35,878 nucleotides of DNA from a candidate division WOR-3 bacterium. Its GTDB lineage: Bacteria > Hydrothermota > Hydrothermia > Hydrothermales > Hydrothermaceae. The notes beneath the pieces were generated by a model, which was given only the letters and a program-made list of their open reading frames with translations, ran no database searches and had not been told where the DNA came from. The DNA is taken from positions 1 through 35,878 of the forward strand of contig JBDRZD010000011.1 in the NCBI GenBank assembly GCA_039803745.1. The letters run 5' to 3'. Positions 1 to 9,080 of the stretch are shown here, piece by piece. Both the position numbers and the translations under genes were made by a program. The stretch's first letter is position 1, and each line of letters begins with the position of its first letter.

Positions 1-441
1 TTTTGGGTGTATGAGATTGGAGAAAAATATAGAATACATTTTAGAAAAAAGATAGGAAATTCATGGAGTGGATGGATACAATTGAAAGTTTATACCTCGA
101 ATACATCCGGTATCGATTCCTTTGATTTGACCAACCATCTTCCCTGTGATTCAATCCAGTTCAGATTCTTTTATAGTGATTCAACAAGCCCGTCTCCTTG
201 GGAAGGCGAATGTAGGTGTGATGATGTTATTCTCAAAGGTAAAAGTTTAAATATTTTTGAAATCTCCTTTAAAGAAAATAATTCACTCATTTATGTCTTT
301 GATATAACTGGAAAAGAGATAAAAAAGATTTTTGAGAAAAATAACATCCATCAAAAAATTAAACCCGGCATCTATTTTATATCTTTAAAATCTAAAAAAT
401 TTAAAGATGCTAATTTTAAAAAAATTATAAAACTTTTTTAA
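1..441 (+). CDS. C-terminal fragment of a probable secreted protein with a T9SS-type (Por secretion tail-like) C-terminal domain
   Basis: Frame is open from base 1, so the gene is 5'-truncated. The C-terminus 'IYVFDITGKEIK...IKPGIYFISL...KKIIKL' resembles the type A CTD pattern (IYD..G+.V ... L..G.Y.. ... K..K). Confidence 0.6.
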   Translation, partial: FWVYEIGEKYRIHFRKKIGNSWSGWIQLKVYTSNTSGIDSFDLTNHLPCDSIQFRFFYSDSTSPSPWEGECRCDDVILKGKSLNIFEISFKENNSLIYVFDITGKEIKKIFEKNNIHQKIKPGIYFISLKSKKFKDANFKKIIKLF

Positions 442-454
442 AAATCATAATTAT

Positions 455-484
455 TTGATTTTTTATTTCTCCTTCAATTAAAAT
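455..484 (+). promoter_or_regulatory. Putative sigma70 promoter TTGATT-N18-TAAAAT, 7 nt before the ATG at 492
   Basis: -35 at 455-460, -10 at 479-484; no Shine-Dalgarno before the ATG. Confidence 0.5.
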
Positions 485-491
485 TTAAATT

Positions 492-2021
492 ATGGAAAGA
501 CAGAGATGGGCAACAAGGATTGGTTTAATTCTTGCAATGGCAGGGAATGCTGTTGGGCTTGGTAATTTTTTAAGGTTTCCTGTTCAGGCAGCAAAACATG
601 GTGGTGGTGCCTTTATGATACCCTATTTTATCTCCTTTTTACTTTTGGGAATACCACTTATGTGGGTTGAATGGGCAATTGGAAGATATGGAGGAGTAAG
701 GGGGCATGGAACTGCGCCCGGAATTTTTTCTCTTTTAACAAAGAATAAAATTATAAAATATATTGGGGGGATAGGTGTTATAGGTCCAATTTTAATTGTT
801 ATTTATTATATGTATATTGAGTCATGGACGCTTGGTTATGCAATACTATCAATTTTTGGTAAGTTTCCAAGAGTAACTGATTTTAAGGGAGCAAATTTTG
901 AAGAAATATTAAAACCCTTTGGGAATTTCCTGATAAATTATATAGGAGAAGGAAATTTTTTAATAAAACCGAACCCCTTAGCCTATCTTTTCTTTTTGAT
1001 AACCTTATTTTTAAACATATACATAATTGGAAGGGGGGTTGCAAGAGGGATTGAGGCAGTTGCTAAATTCTTAATGCCCCTTTTATTCTTGTTTGCCTTA
1101 ATTCTTGTTATTAGAATATTTACGCTTGGAGCACCTGTTCATCCAGATTCAAATGCATTAAGAGGACTTTCATATTTATGGGAACCTGATTTTTCAAAAC
1201 TCTTTAATTTAAATGTATGGCTTTCTGCTGCAGGTCAGATATTTTTCACATTAAGTATAGGAATGGGTGCAATAATGGCTTATGCAAGTTATTTAAGAGA
1301 AAAAGATGATATAGCATTATCAGGACTTACAACAGCATCAACAAACGAGTTTGCTGAGGTGATTCTTGGTGGTTCAATTGCAATCCCTGCTGCAATCATA
1401 TTTTTTGGATATCATAATGCCGAAAAGATTGCAAATGCTGGTGCCTTTTCTCTTGGATTTATTTCAATGCCTGCAATATTCTCTTATATACCCTTTGGCA
1501 ATTTCTTTGGATTTTTATGGTTTTCCCTTCTATTTTTTGCAGGAATAACATCATCACTTGCATTAACACAGCCTGCAATGGCATTCTTGGAGGATGAATT
1601 AAGAATAGAAAGAAAAAAGGCAGCAATTATGATAGGAATCTTCATATTTTTATCATCCCATATTCCAATATTCATAAAGGATGCCCTTGATGAACTGGAT
1701 TTCTGGATGGCAACATTCTTTATAACATTATTTGCCTTAATTCAACTTATAGTTTTCTTCTGGATATTTGGTTCAAAAAAAGCATGGGAAGAGATTAAAA
1801 AGGGTGCTGAGATAAATATTCCAGAAATATTTTATTTTATAATAAAATACATAACACCCCTTATTTTAATTTCTATATTTTTAGGATGGTTCATTCAAAG
1901 TGGATGGAAGAATATGATTTCGGGTTCGCCCGGTAAATGGATTGCAAGAATTTATATCATAATTGTTTTAATTTTTATGGGTATTTTAATTAATATTTCA
2001 TCTAAAAGGAAGGAAAAATGA
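492..2021 (+). CDS. Sodium-dependent transporter, NSS/SNF (LeuT-like) family
   Basis: N-terminal 'RxxWATRIGLILAMAGNAVGLGNFLRFP...GGGAFMIPY', plus 'AAGQIFFTLS' and 'FFAGITSS'; about 12 hydrophobic segments. Confidence 0.95.
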   Translation: MERQRWATRIGLILAMAGNAVGLGNFLRFPVQAAKHGGGAFMIPYFISFLLLGIPLMWVEWAIGRYGGVRGHGTAPGIFSLLTKNKIIKYIGGIGVIGPILIVIYYMYIESWTLGYAILSIFGKFPRVTDFKGANFEEILKPFGNFLINYIGEGNFLIKPNPLAYLFFLITLFLNIYIIGRGVARGIEAVAKFLMPLLFLFALILVIRIFTLGAPVHPDSNALRGLSYLWEPDFSKLFNLNVWLSAAGQIFFTLSIGMGAIMAYASYLREKDDIALSGLTTASTNEFAEVILGGSIAIPAAIIFFGYHNAEKIANAGAFSLGFISMPAIFSYIPFGNFFGFLWFSLLFFAGITSSLALTQPAMAFLEDELRIERKKAAIMIGIFIFLSSHIPIFIKDALDELDFWMATFFITLFALIQLIVFFWIFGSKKAWEEIKKGAEINIPEIFYFIIKYITPLILISIFLGWFIQSGWKNMISGSPGKWIARIYIIIVLIFMGILINISSKRKEK

Positions 2022-2113
2022 AAATATCAGGATGGATTTTTTTAATAATTTCATGGGGAATAGTCATCCTTCTTGTTAGTTTCTGTTATATAAATGTTTT
2101 AAAGAAAAAATAA
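2018..2113 (+). CDS. 31-aa single-TM protein MKISGWIFLIISWGIVILLVSFCYINVLKKK, probable small subunit of the NSS transporter (MetS-like); not in the ORF track
   Basis: ATG overlaps the transporter stop (ATGA 2018-2021), preceded by AGGAAGG; TAA at 2111-2113 sits 1 nt before the next start. One TM helix with a basic tail. Confidence 0.75.
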   Translation: MKISGWIFLIISWGIVILLVSFCYINVLKKK

Positions 2114-2114
2114 A

Positions 2115-3479
2115 TTGGACTGGATTGAAAAAATTAAAGAAGAGATAGGCGAAGAAAGTGTTTTAGAAGAAATTGAGACAAGGAAAATTTATTCAAGGGA
2201 TGAATCAGGTATAGAAAATTTTTTATGTGATTGCGTTGTATTTCCGAAAAATGAAAAAGAAATAATAAAAGTTTTAAGAATTGCAAATGAATTCAAAATA
2301 CCTGTTACACCAAGAGGAGGGGGAACAGGAGTTGTAGGTGGAGCAATCCCTTTAAAGGGTGGAATCTTGCTTTCCCTTTCAAAGATGAACAAAATAATTG
2401 ATATAGATGAAAAGAACTTTTTAATAGAAGTTCAGCCCGGTGTAATCTTAAAAAAAATTTATGAAGAGGCTCAAAAACTTAATCTTTTTTATCCACCAGA
2501 CCCTGCCTCTTTTGAAAATTGCACAATTGGAGGAAATGTTGCAACAAATGCAGGTGGTCCAAGATGTATAAAATATGGAGTAACTGAAAATTATGTCCTT
2601 GCAATTGAAGGAATATTACCTTCCTCTGAAAAAATATATGCAGGTAAAAAAACAAGAAAATGGAAAGCAGGATATAATTTACCAAAAATTCTTATAGGTT
2701 CTGAGGGAACACTTTGCATATTCACAAAAATTTTTTTGAGACTCTTACCAAAACCAGAATATATAGAAACTTTAATTGTTCCATTTGAAAAAAAAGAAGA
2801 AGCATCAAACTCATCTTTTGAAATGATTTCAAATAAAATAATTCCAAGATGTATTGAATATGTTGATGAAAGTGTTTTTGAAATAATAGGGGAAGAAATC
2901 AGAAAATTTTTACCTTCAAAAACAAGGGCATTCTTGCTTATTGAATTTGATGGTGATGAAAATGAGGTAAATAAAAATGTTCAAAAAACTCTTGATATTT
3001 TAAACAAAAATAGAGCAATTGAAATATATGCAGGGATAAAGGATTATGAAAGAGAAAAAATCTGGAAAATAAGAAGGGATATACTCCCTTCCTTAGAAAA
3101 AACAGGATATAGGGTAAGGTCTGAAGATGTATGTGTTCCTTTAAAGGAAATTAATAATCTGATAGGAATTTTTGAAGAGATGAAAATAAAATTCCCTTTA
3201 AAAATTTGTCTTTTTGGACATATTGGTGATGGGAATTTGCATATAAATTTTTTGTGGAAAGAGAAGGATATAGAAATTTTAAATAAAGCAATATATGAAT
3301 TATATGAAAGGGTTGTTTCTATTGGAGGAACAATAACAGGTGAACATGGAATAGGGATTTTAAAAAGAAAATATTTGAAAATTGAACAGGATGAAAGAGT
3401 ATTAAATTTACAAAGGGAAATTAAAAAAATCTTTGATCCAAATAATATTTTAAATCCTGGAAAAATTTTTATGGAATGA
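2115..3479 (+). CDS. FAD-linked 2-hydroxyacid oxidase/dehydrogenase (GlcD / D-lactate dehydrogenase family)
   Basis: Motifs PRGGGTG, YPPDPAS, TIGGNVATNAGG, GSEGTL, GHIGDGNLH, GEHGIG, FDPNNILNPGK; TTG start. Confidence 0.9.
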   Translation: MDWIEKIKEEIGEESVLEEIETRKIYSRDESGIENFLCDCVVFPKNEKEIIKVLRIANEFKIPVTPRGGGTGVVGGAIPLKGGILLSLSKMNKIIDIDEKNFLIEVQPGVILKKIYEEAQKLNLFYPPDPASFENCTIGGNVATNAGGPRCIKYGVTENYVLAIEGILPSSEKIYAGKKTRKWKAGYNLPKILIGSEGTLCIFTKIFLRLLPKPEYIETLIVPFEKKEEASNSSFEMISNKIIPRCIEYVDESVFEIIGEEIRKFLPSKTRAFLLIEFDGDENEVNKNVQKTLDILNKNRAIEIYAGIKDYEREKIWKIRRDILPSLEKTGYRVRSEDVCVPLKEINNLIGIFEEMKIKFPLKICLFGHIGDGNLHINFLWKEKDIEILNKAIYELYERVVSIGGTITGEHGIGILKRKYLKIEQDERVLNLQREIKKIFDPNNILNPGKIFME

Positions 3480-4048
3480 CAGAAATTTTCTTCTTTTTAT
3501 TCACATTCATTATTTCGGGTTTTATCTTTTTAATATTCTATGAAACAGGAAACTTAAAGGAATCGGGTTTTTATTCCTCTTTATTTTTTGGAACATTAAT
3601 ATTTTTCTTTTTGGGTTTAAAAGGTTTTTTACCGCTTCTTTTTTTCTTACTTTCAAAAATCTTAATGAAAAAGGAAAGAGAGGGTTTCTCTTTTATCTTC
3701 TCTAACTTTTTTTTACCCTTGCTTTTTTCCTTTATATGGTATTTAAAAAGGGATGACCTTTATTTTCACCTGTTTCTCATCTCACTTGGCACCCAGATTT
3801 CAAACATATGGGGAATTAAATTTGAAAAAATTTTATTGAAATTATCAGGAAATTTTCTTGGCTCAATTTTTTCTTCATTCTTTGCATTAAATTTTAAATT
3901 TTCAATTTATGTTTTAACCTTTTCCTTTTTAGGCAGTTTAATAAATTTTTTACTCTCTAAAATTATGAAAAAATATAAAGAAATTTTTTCTGCTTTTATC
4001 TCTTCATCAATTTTTTACATTTATTATTTCCTCATCAAAATTAAATGA
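3476..4048 (+). CDS. Polytopic membrane protein of unknown function (possibly a degenerate DUF92 family member)
   Basis: ATGA overlap with the upstream gene; about 6 Phe-rich hydrophobic segments. The DUF92 resemblance is only in layout. Confidence 0.55.
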   Translation: MTEIFFFLFTFIISGFIFLIFYETGNLKESGFYSSLFFGTLIFFFLGLKGFLPLLFFLLSKILMKKEREGFSFIFSNFFLPLLFSFIWYLKRDDLYFHLFLISLGTQISNIWGIKFEKILLKLSGNFLGSIFSSFFALNFKFSIYVLTFSFLGSLINFLLSKIMKKYKEIFSAFISSSIFYIYYFLIKIK

Positions 4049-5287
4049 GATGAAAATTCTGTTTTCAAAAAGACCATAATTTTCAACAACATTTTCGGAT
4101 TTTGCTTTAATCGTATAGGAAAGAGCAACTTCTCTATCTTTAATTATTAAAAAAGATGGACCTGATTCAATTATAAATCCATTTTCTTTTTTGCCCTGAA
4201 GAAACAAAAAATAAAAGTTATATTTAACAAAAAAGATTGATTTAGAATAGATATATTTTTCATATTTTATACCCGTAAAAAAAAGAAAGGGATAATTTTT
4301 TCTATAAAAAGAATAGCCCAGTATAAAATTAGAAAAATTTATTTCAAGACTTTTTAATTTTTCAACCTTTCCATCAAATAAATTGTCATCCCTTCTCTCT
4401 CTATGATAAAGAATTAATTTTAAATTCTTAAATTTAAACTCACCACCCATTTTAAAATCATCAAACCTTGGTCTCTGTGTATGAAGAAAACTTATTGTTT
4501 CAATATCAGTTAAAATTTTTATATTTTTAAAAATTTTATATTTAACAGAACCTTTTGAAAAAAAGCCATATTTTAAATTTTTGTAAAGATAACCATATAA
4601 GAAATTCAAGTCTGTTAAATTTTTGAATAAACCGATGAAAATACTATTAAAAATAAAATTTTCCTTATTATTTCCAAGAAGACCATATTTACTTTCATTT
4701 TTAAAACCAAAAGAAAAATCATTTTTTAAAAGATAAATTTTAAATTCCCATTCGTATTTTAAAGATTTCAATGTATAAAAACCTGTAAGATTTATATCAA
4801 ATAAAACAGAAAATAATCTTAAATCTTTTTTAAATATTAAATCAGAAAATAAAATCCAATAATAATTGTTATAAAATCTTTTTGGACCAAAAGGGGATGT
4901 AACATAGCCAATAGAATTTGAAAAATAAAAATTTTCTTTTCTTAAAACCATTTTAAAGCCAATCTGATTCCACTGTCTTCTATCCTCTCCTCTATGGTCA
5001 ATTCCATGATTGCATACATGGGAATAAAAAAATTTAAAATCAGAATTAGAAAAGGATTTGTAAAAACCAATTCCCCAATCAAACCTTATATAATAAGGTG
5101 TTATTCTTTTATGAGTTTCCTTAAAGAAAAGAAATTCCCTTAAATAAAAATAAACTGGTTTATAAACTTTAAATTCATTTTCCCTTGAAATATAAATTCT
5201 GTAAAAAACAGGATTTTTACTTAAAAGATGAAAATTTAAAAGGGAATATTCAAAGGGTATTATTTTAAATAGGAAAATAAGAAGCAT
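4007..5287 (-). CDS. Hypothetical protein, probable outer-membrane beta-barrel
   Basis: 426-aa ORF with a short hydrophobic N-terminus, alternating aromatic/Gly strands, and the motifs HVCNHGIDH and YHRERRDD. Confidence 0.55.
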   Translation of the reverse strand: MLLIFLFKIIPFEYSLLNFHLLSKNPVFYRIYISRENEFKVYKPVYFYLREFLFFKETHKRITPYYIRFDWGIGFYKSFSNSDFKFFYSHVCNHGIDHRGEDRRQWNQIGFKMVLRKENFYFSNSIGYVTSPFGPKRFYNNYYWILFSDLIFKKDLRLFSVLFDINLTGFYTLKSLKYEWEFKIYLLKNDFSFGFKNESKYGLLGNNKENFIFNSIFIGLFKNLTDLNFLYGYLYKNLKYGFFSKGSVKYKIFKNIKILTDIETISFLHTQRPRFDDFKMGGEFKFKNLKLILYHRERRDDNLFDGKVEKLKSLEINFSNFILGYSFYRKNYPFLFFTGIKYEKYIYSKSIFFVKYNFYFLFLQGKKENGFIIESGPSFLIIKDREVALSYTIKAKSENVVENYGLFENRIFISFNFDEEIINVKN

Positions 5288-5359
5288 TTATTTATTATAA
5301 AGAAAAATAAAGAGAATTAAAAATTGAAATTTAAACTTTTTTAATAATATAATTAAAAT
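5288..5359. promoter_or_regulatory. Divergent promoter region: (+) TTGAAA-N18-TATAAT 6 nt before the xer GTG; (-) TATAAT 6 nt before the ATG at 5287
   Basis: Plus: TTGAAA 5324-5329, TATAAT 5348-5353. Minus: ATTATA at 5294-5299 on the plus strand. Confidence 0.6.
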
Positions 5360-6217
5360 GTGAAAGAGATAGAGGATTTTTTATCATATATTAAAAATCA
5401 AAAGAATTATTCGGAAAAAACTTTTTTATCCTATAAAAATGACCTTTATTCTTTTTATGAATATATAAAAAAGGATATAAGGGATGTAAAAATTTCTGAT
5501 ATAAGGAATTACATTTCTGACTTGATAAAATATGGGTATAAACCAAAGAGTGTCGCAAGAAAATTGTCTTCTTTAAAGAGTTTTTTTAAATTTCTTTTAA
5601 AAAGAAAAATAATAGATTTTAATCCTGCCACTGTTATAAAAACACCGAAAGTGCCAAAAAGATTGCCTGATATTTTATCTGAAAATTTATTGAGAGAAAT
5701 CCTTGATAACTGGAAACCTTTTGATTTTAAAGGTAAAAGGGATAAGGCAATTGTTGAAACTTTATACGGGCTTGGTATAAGGGCAGGTGAACTTGTGAAG
5801 TTAAAGGAAAATGATATATCAGGGGATAGTATAAGAATTGTTGGTAAGGGGAATAAAGTGAGAATTGTTCCAATTCCTTTAAAAACAAAAGAGGCAATCT
5901 TTGATTATATTAAAGAGAAAAAAAGAAATAATATTGAATCTGAATATTTATTTACAAATTTAAAGGGTGAAAAATTGACAGAAAGGGGACTTTATTATAT
6001 TTTAAAAAATGTTTTTGAGGAAAGGGGAAATATATATAAGATTCATCCACATATTTTAAGGCATTCCTTTGCAACCCATCTTTTATCTCATGGAGCAGAT
6101 TTAAGAACAATTCAAGAACTTTTAGGACATTCTTCTTTAAAAGCAACAGAAATTTATACTCATCTTTCAATTGAAGAGATTAAAAGAATTTATGAGGATT
6201 CACATCCAAGGAGTTAA
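5360..6217 (+). CDS. xerC: XerC/XerD-family tyrosine recombinase
   Basis: SAM-like N-terminus (YSEKT..SY..DL; SVARKLSSLKSFFKFL); catalytic R (GIRAGEL), K (GKGNK), HxxR (HILRHSFATH), H (LLGH) and Y (TEIYTH). XerC versus XerD is not firmly resolved. Confidence 0.85.
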   Translation: MKEIEDFLSYIKNQKNYSEKTFLSYKNDLYSFYEYIKKDIRDVKISDIRNYISDLIKYGYKPKSVARKLSSLKSFFKFLLKRKIIDFNPATVIKTPKVPKRLPDILSENLLREILDNWKPFDFKGKRDKAIVETLYGLGIRAGELVKLKENDISGDSIRIVGKGNKVRIVPIPLKTKEAIFDYIKEKKRNNIESEYLFTNLKGEKLTERGLYYILKNVFEERGNIYKIHPHILRHSFATHLLSHGADLRTIQELLGHSSLKATEIYTHLSIEEIKRIYEDSHPRS

Positions 6218-6268
6218 ATTACACCATTTTGGGATAATAAAAGATAAAGAAGGTAAAAAATATAAATC

Positions 6269-6985
6269 ATGAGGATTCACATTGAAGGGGTTAAATTCGC
6301 ACCATATTTTTTAGAATACAAAGAGGTTGATTCAACGCAGGATGTTGCCTTTGAATTACTTGAAGATGAAAAAGTTGATTCATGTGTTGTTTTTTCTTAT
6401 AAGCAAAGAAAAGGAAGGGGAAGAAAAGGTGCTTACTGGTTTTCTCCTTATGGTGGGCTATGGGTAAGTATTGGTTTTAAAAATATTTTGCCAAAGAATG
6501 TTTATCTTGCATCCTGTGTTTCTGTAAGCAATTTTTTAGAAAAAGAATTCAACATTGAGAATAAAATAAAGTTACCAAATGATATTGTTGTTCATGATAA
6601 AAAAATATGCGGTATACTTGTTGAAAGTAAAAAAAATTTAGTTGTTTCGGGAATTGGATTAAATGTGAATATTAAAGAATTTCCTGAAGAAATTAGAGAT
6701 TCTGCAACATCTATATATATTTTAAAGAATGAAGAGTATGATTTAAAAAAAGTTTTGCTTTCTTTTTTAGAAGAATTTTTGAAAAATATTTCTCACTTCT
6801 CTTTTAAAAATTTGTTCAACTACTATATAATAAAAACTTCAATAATAGGGGAAAAAGTGAAATTTGATTATATGAATAAAAAAATTGAGGGAAAGGTTTT
6901 GGATATAAATGAGAATTTTGAAATTTTAATTGAAAATAAAGGGAAATTTGAAATAGGAATCATTAAAAACTTTGAAAAATTATGA
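6269..6985 (+). CDS. birA: Biotin--[acetyl-CoA carboxylase] ligase without an N-terminal HTH
   Basis: Motifs DSTQ, QRKGRGRKG..WFSP.GG, KLPND, KKICGILVE, GIGLNVN. Confidence 0.93.
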   Translation: MRIHIEGVKFAPYFLEYKEVDSTQDVAFELLEDEKVDSCVVFSYKQRKGRGRKGAYWFSPYGGLWVSIGFKNILPKNVYLASCVSVSNFLEKEFNIENKIKLPNDIVVHDKKICGILVESKKNLVVSGIGLNVNIKEFPEEIRDSATSIYILKNEEYDLKKVLLSFLEEFLKNISHFSFKNLFNYYIIKTSIIGEKVKFDYMNKKIEGKVLDINENFEILIENKGKFEIGIIKNFEKL

Positions 6986-7707
6986 AAGTTTTATGCCTTG
7001 ATATAGGTAACACATACCTTCACTGGGCATTTTTTATAAATGATAAGATAGAGGATTTTGGCAAAATATTGAATTCCCAGATTGAAAGTTTTTCAGAAAA
7101 TATTGGTTTTCCAAACGAAATTTTAATATCTTCAAATGCACCTTCATTAAATTTAAGGGTTGCGAATTTATTTTCACGCCTTTTTGGAATTTATCCAAAA
7201 TTTGTTGTTCATGAAAATTTTACATTTTTAAACATACCCTATAAGGAAAAACATACGATAGGGATTGATAGATTGTGTAATGTATTTGCATTGTATAAAT
7301 ATCATGGTGCACCAGGAATTGTTATAGATGCAGGAACTGCTATTACTGTTGATGCAATTGATGAAAAAAAGAATGTATATCCCATTGCAATATTTCCGGG
7401 TATTGGTCTTTTAATAAAATCAATATACGAAAATACTGAAAGGGTTAAAGTTAGAGAAATTTATTTTACTGGTTCCCATTATGGAAAATCTTCTGATGAA
7501 TGCTTATCTATCGGAATTATAAATGTTTTGAAAGGAGGGCTTGAAAGAGTTATAAGGCAATTTGCTGTAAAGGAAAGCTGGAGAGAATATAAAAAGATTG
7601 CAACAGGTGGTGACGCAAATATAATATCTGAAATTCTGGGTTTTGATAAAGATGAATTTCTAACTTTAAAAGGAATATATGGAATTTATCGCGAGGTCTC
7701 CTTCTGA
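6982..7707 (+). CDS. coaX: Type III pantothenate kinase
   Basis: Motifs LDIGNT, GIDR, VIDAGTAITVD, PG, ATGG, LTLKG. Confidence 0.93.
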   Translation: MKVLCLDIGNTYLHWAFFINDKIEDFGKILNSQIESFSENIGFPNEILISSNAPSLNLRVANLFSRLFGIYPKFVVHENFTFLNIPYKEKHTIGIDRLCNVFALYKYHGAPGIVIDAGTAITVDAIDEKKNVYPIAIFPGIGLLIKSIYENTERVKVREIYFTGSHYGKSSDECLSIGIINVLKGGLERVIRQFAVKESWREYKKIATGGDANIISEILGFDKDEFLTLKGIYGIYREVSF

Positions 7708-8098
7708 AACAGAAAAGATAGGAGAGGAGGTTATCAAAAAATTTTCCATTCCTTCTTTATTTTGCCTATTTGGTGAACTTGGTTCAGGAAAAACAACATT
7801 TATAAGAGGTGCTGCAAGATATTTTGGAATAGAAAAATTAAGATCCCCAACATTTGTTTATATTTTTATTTATAATCTTCCAAATTTAAATTTTTATCAT
7901 ATTGATTTATACAGGATTGATAAAGATGTTGAATGGGATTTACTTGGTTTTGATGAATATTTAAATGATAAAAGGGGAATAGTTTTTATAGAATGGGCTG
8001 ATAGAATAAAAAAAATTTTACCAGAAAAAAGAATAGATGTTATTTTTGAAATAATTGATGAGAATACAAGAAAAATAATTGTAAAAGAAAGAGGTTAA
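7679..8098 (+). CDS. tsaE: tRNA threonylcarbamoyladenosine biosynthesis ATPase
   Basis: Motifs GELGSGKTTF, SPTF, HIDLYR, IEW. Confidence 0.95.
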   Translation: MEFIARSPSETEKIGEEVIKKFSIPSLFCLFGELGSGKTTFIRGAARYFGIEKLRSPTFVYIFIYNLPNLNFYHIDLYRIDKDVEWDLLGFDEYLNDKRGIVFIEWADRIKKILPEKRIDVIFEIIDENTRKIIVKERG

Positions 8099-8108
8099 AT
8101 TTTATAAT
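8079..8108 (+). promoter_or_regulatory. Putative internal sigma70 promoter TTGTAA-N18-TATAAT, 6 nt before the ATG at 8115
   Basis: -35 at 8079-8084, -10 at 8103-8108. Confidence 0.55.
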
Positions 8109-8114
8109 AATAAA

Positions 8115-9080
8115 ATGAAAATAAATGTTGGAATAATTGGAATTGGGCATATTGCTCAGGTTGCTTATATTCCTGTTTTAAAGAAGGAAAAAGATATAAA
8201 TTTATATTCCTTCTGTGATATTGATGAACCAAAACTTTATAAATTAAAGGAAATACATGGTGTTCAAAAGATATATTTTGATTTTGAGGATTTTTTGAGT
8301 GATAAAAATTTAGATGCTGTTATTATAACAACCCCAAATCATCTTCATACTCCACTTGCAATTGCTGCAATGGAATTTAAAAAACATATTCTTTTAGAAA
8401 AACCGGTATCTTTAAACCTTTTTGAGGCGGAATTTTTGCTTGAAAAAAAGAAAGAATTCAAGAATTTAGTTTTGATGCCTGTTGCAAATCAAGCATTAAG
8501 ACCCGATGTTCAAAAGATAAAAGAAATGATTGAAAAAAATTTAATAGGGAAAATTTATCATATTGAATGTGGCTACAGGAAAAAGAGGTTTGAATTTGAA
8601 GAAGTTGAATGGAAGGAAAAGGAAGAATCAGGAGGAGGTGTTTTATTCGTACATGGAATTCAAATTTTAGAAATTTTATATTATATTTTTAGAAAAATAC
8701 CTGAAAAGATAATTTCTTCTTTATATAAAGAAGAGGTTGAAAAGGAAGTTTTTTCATTTTTTAAGATAGATAATATTTCTGTAAATTTTGAAATAAAATG
8801 GGATCCCGAGCTTATAAGGGACTATATGTATTTTAATATTTATGGTGAAAAGGGAATAATTTCACTTAATCCTTTTAAAGTTGTTGAAAAAAGATATGGG
8901 AAATTTTTAGATATAAAACCAGAGATAGATGAGGAGGAAAGCTTTTTTAAGATTTCCTTTTCAAGACAGATAAAGAATTTTATAAATTCAATAAAAGGAA
9001 AAGAAAAACCATTTTTTGAGATAGAGGATGCAATAAATATTATAAGAATAATAGAGAAAATAAAAGAATCAGCAGAATGA
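8115..9080 (+). CDS. Gfo/Idh/MocA family NAD(P)-dependent oxidoreductase
   Basis: Motifs GIIGIGHIA, DAVIITTPNHLH, HILLEKP, SGGGVL. Confidence 0.92.
   Translation: MKINVGIIGIGHIAQVAYIPVLKKEKDINLYSFCDIDEPKLYKLKEIHGVQKIYFDFEDFLSDKNLDAVIITTPNHLHTPLAIAAMEFKKHILLEKPVSLNLFEAEFLLEKKKEFKNLVLMPVANQALRPDVQKIKEMIEKNLIGKIYHIECGYRKKRFEFEEVEWKEKEESGGGVLFVHGIQILEILYYIFRKIPEKIISSLYKEEVEKEVFSFFKIDNISVNFEIKWDPELIRDYMYFNIYGEKGIISLNPFKVVEKRYGKFLDIKPEIDEEESFFKISFSRQIKNFINSIKGKEKPFFEIEDAINIIRIIEKIKESAE

Noticed and set aside
5360..6217. Recombinase as a prophage or integron integrase
   Set aside because: Xer-like length and motifs, no IntI-type insertion, flanked by housekeeping genes, and no att or cargo nearby.
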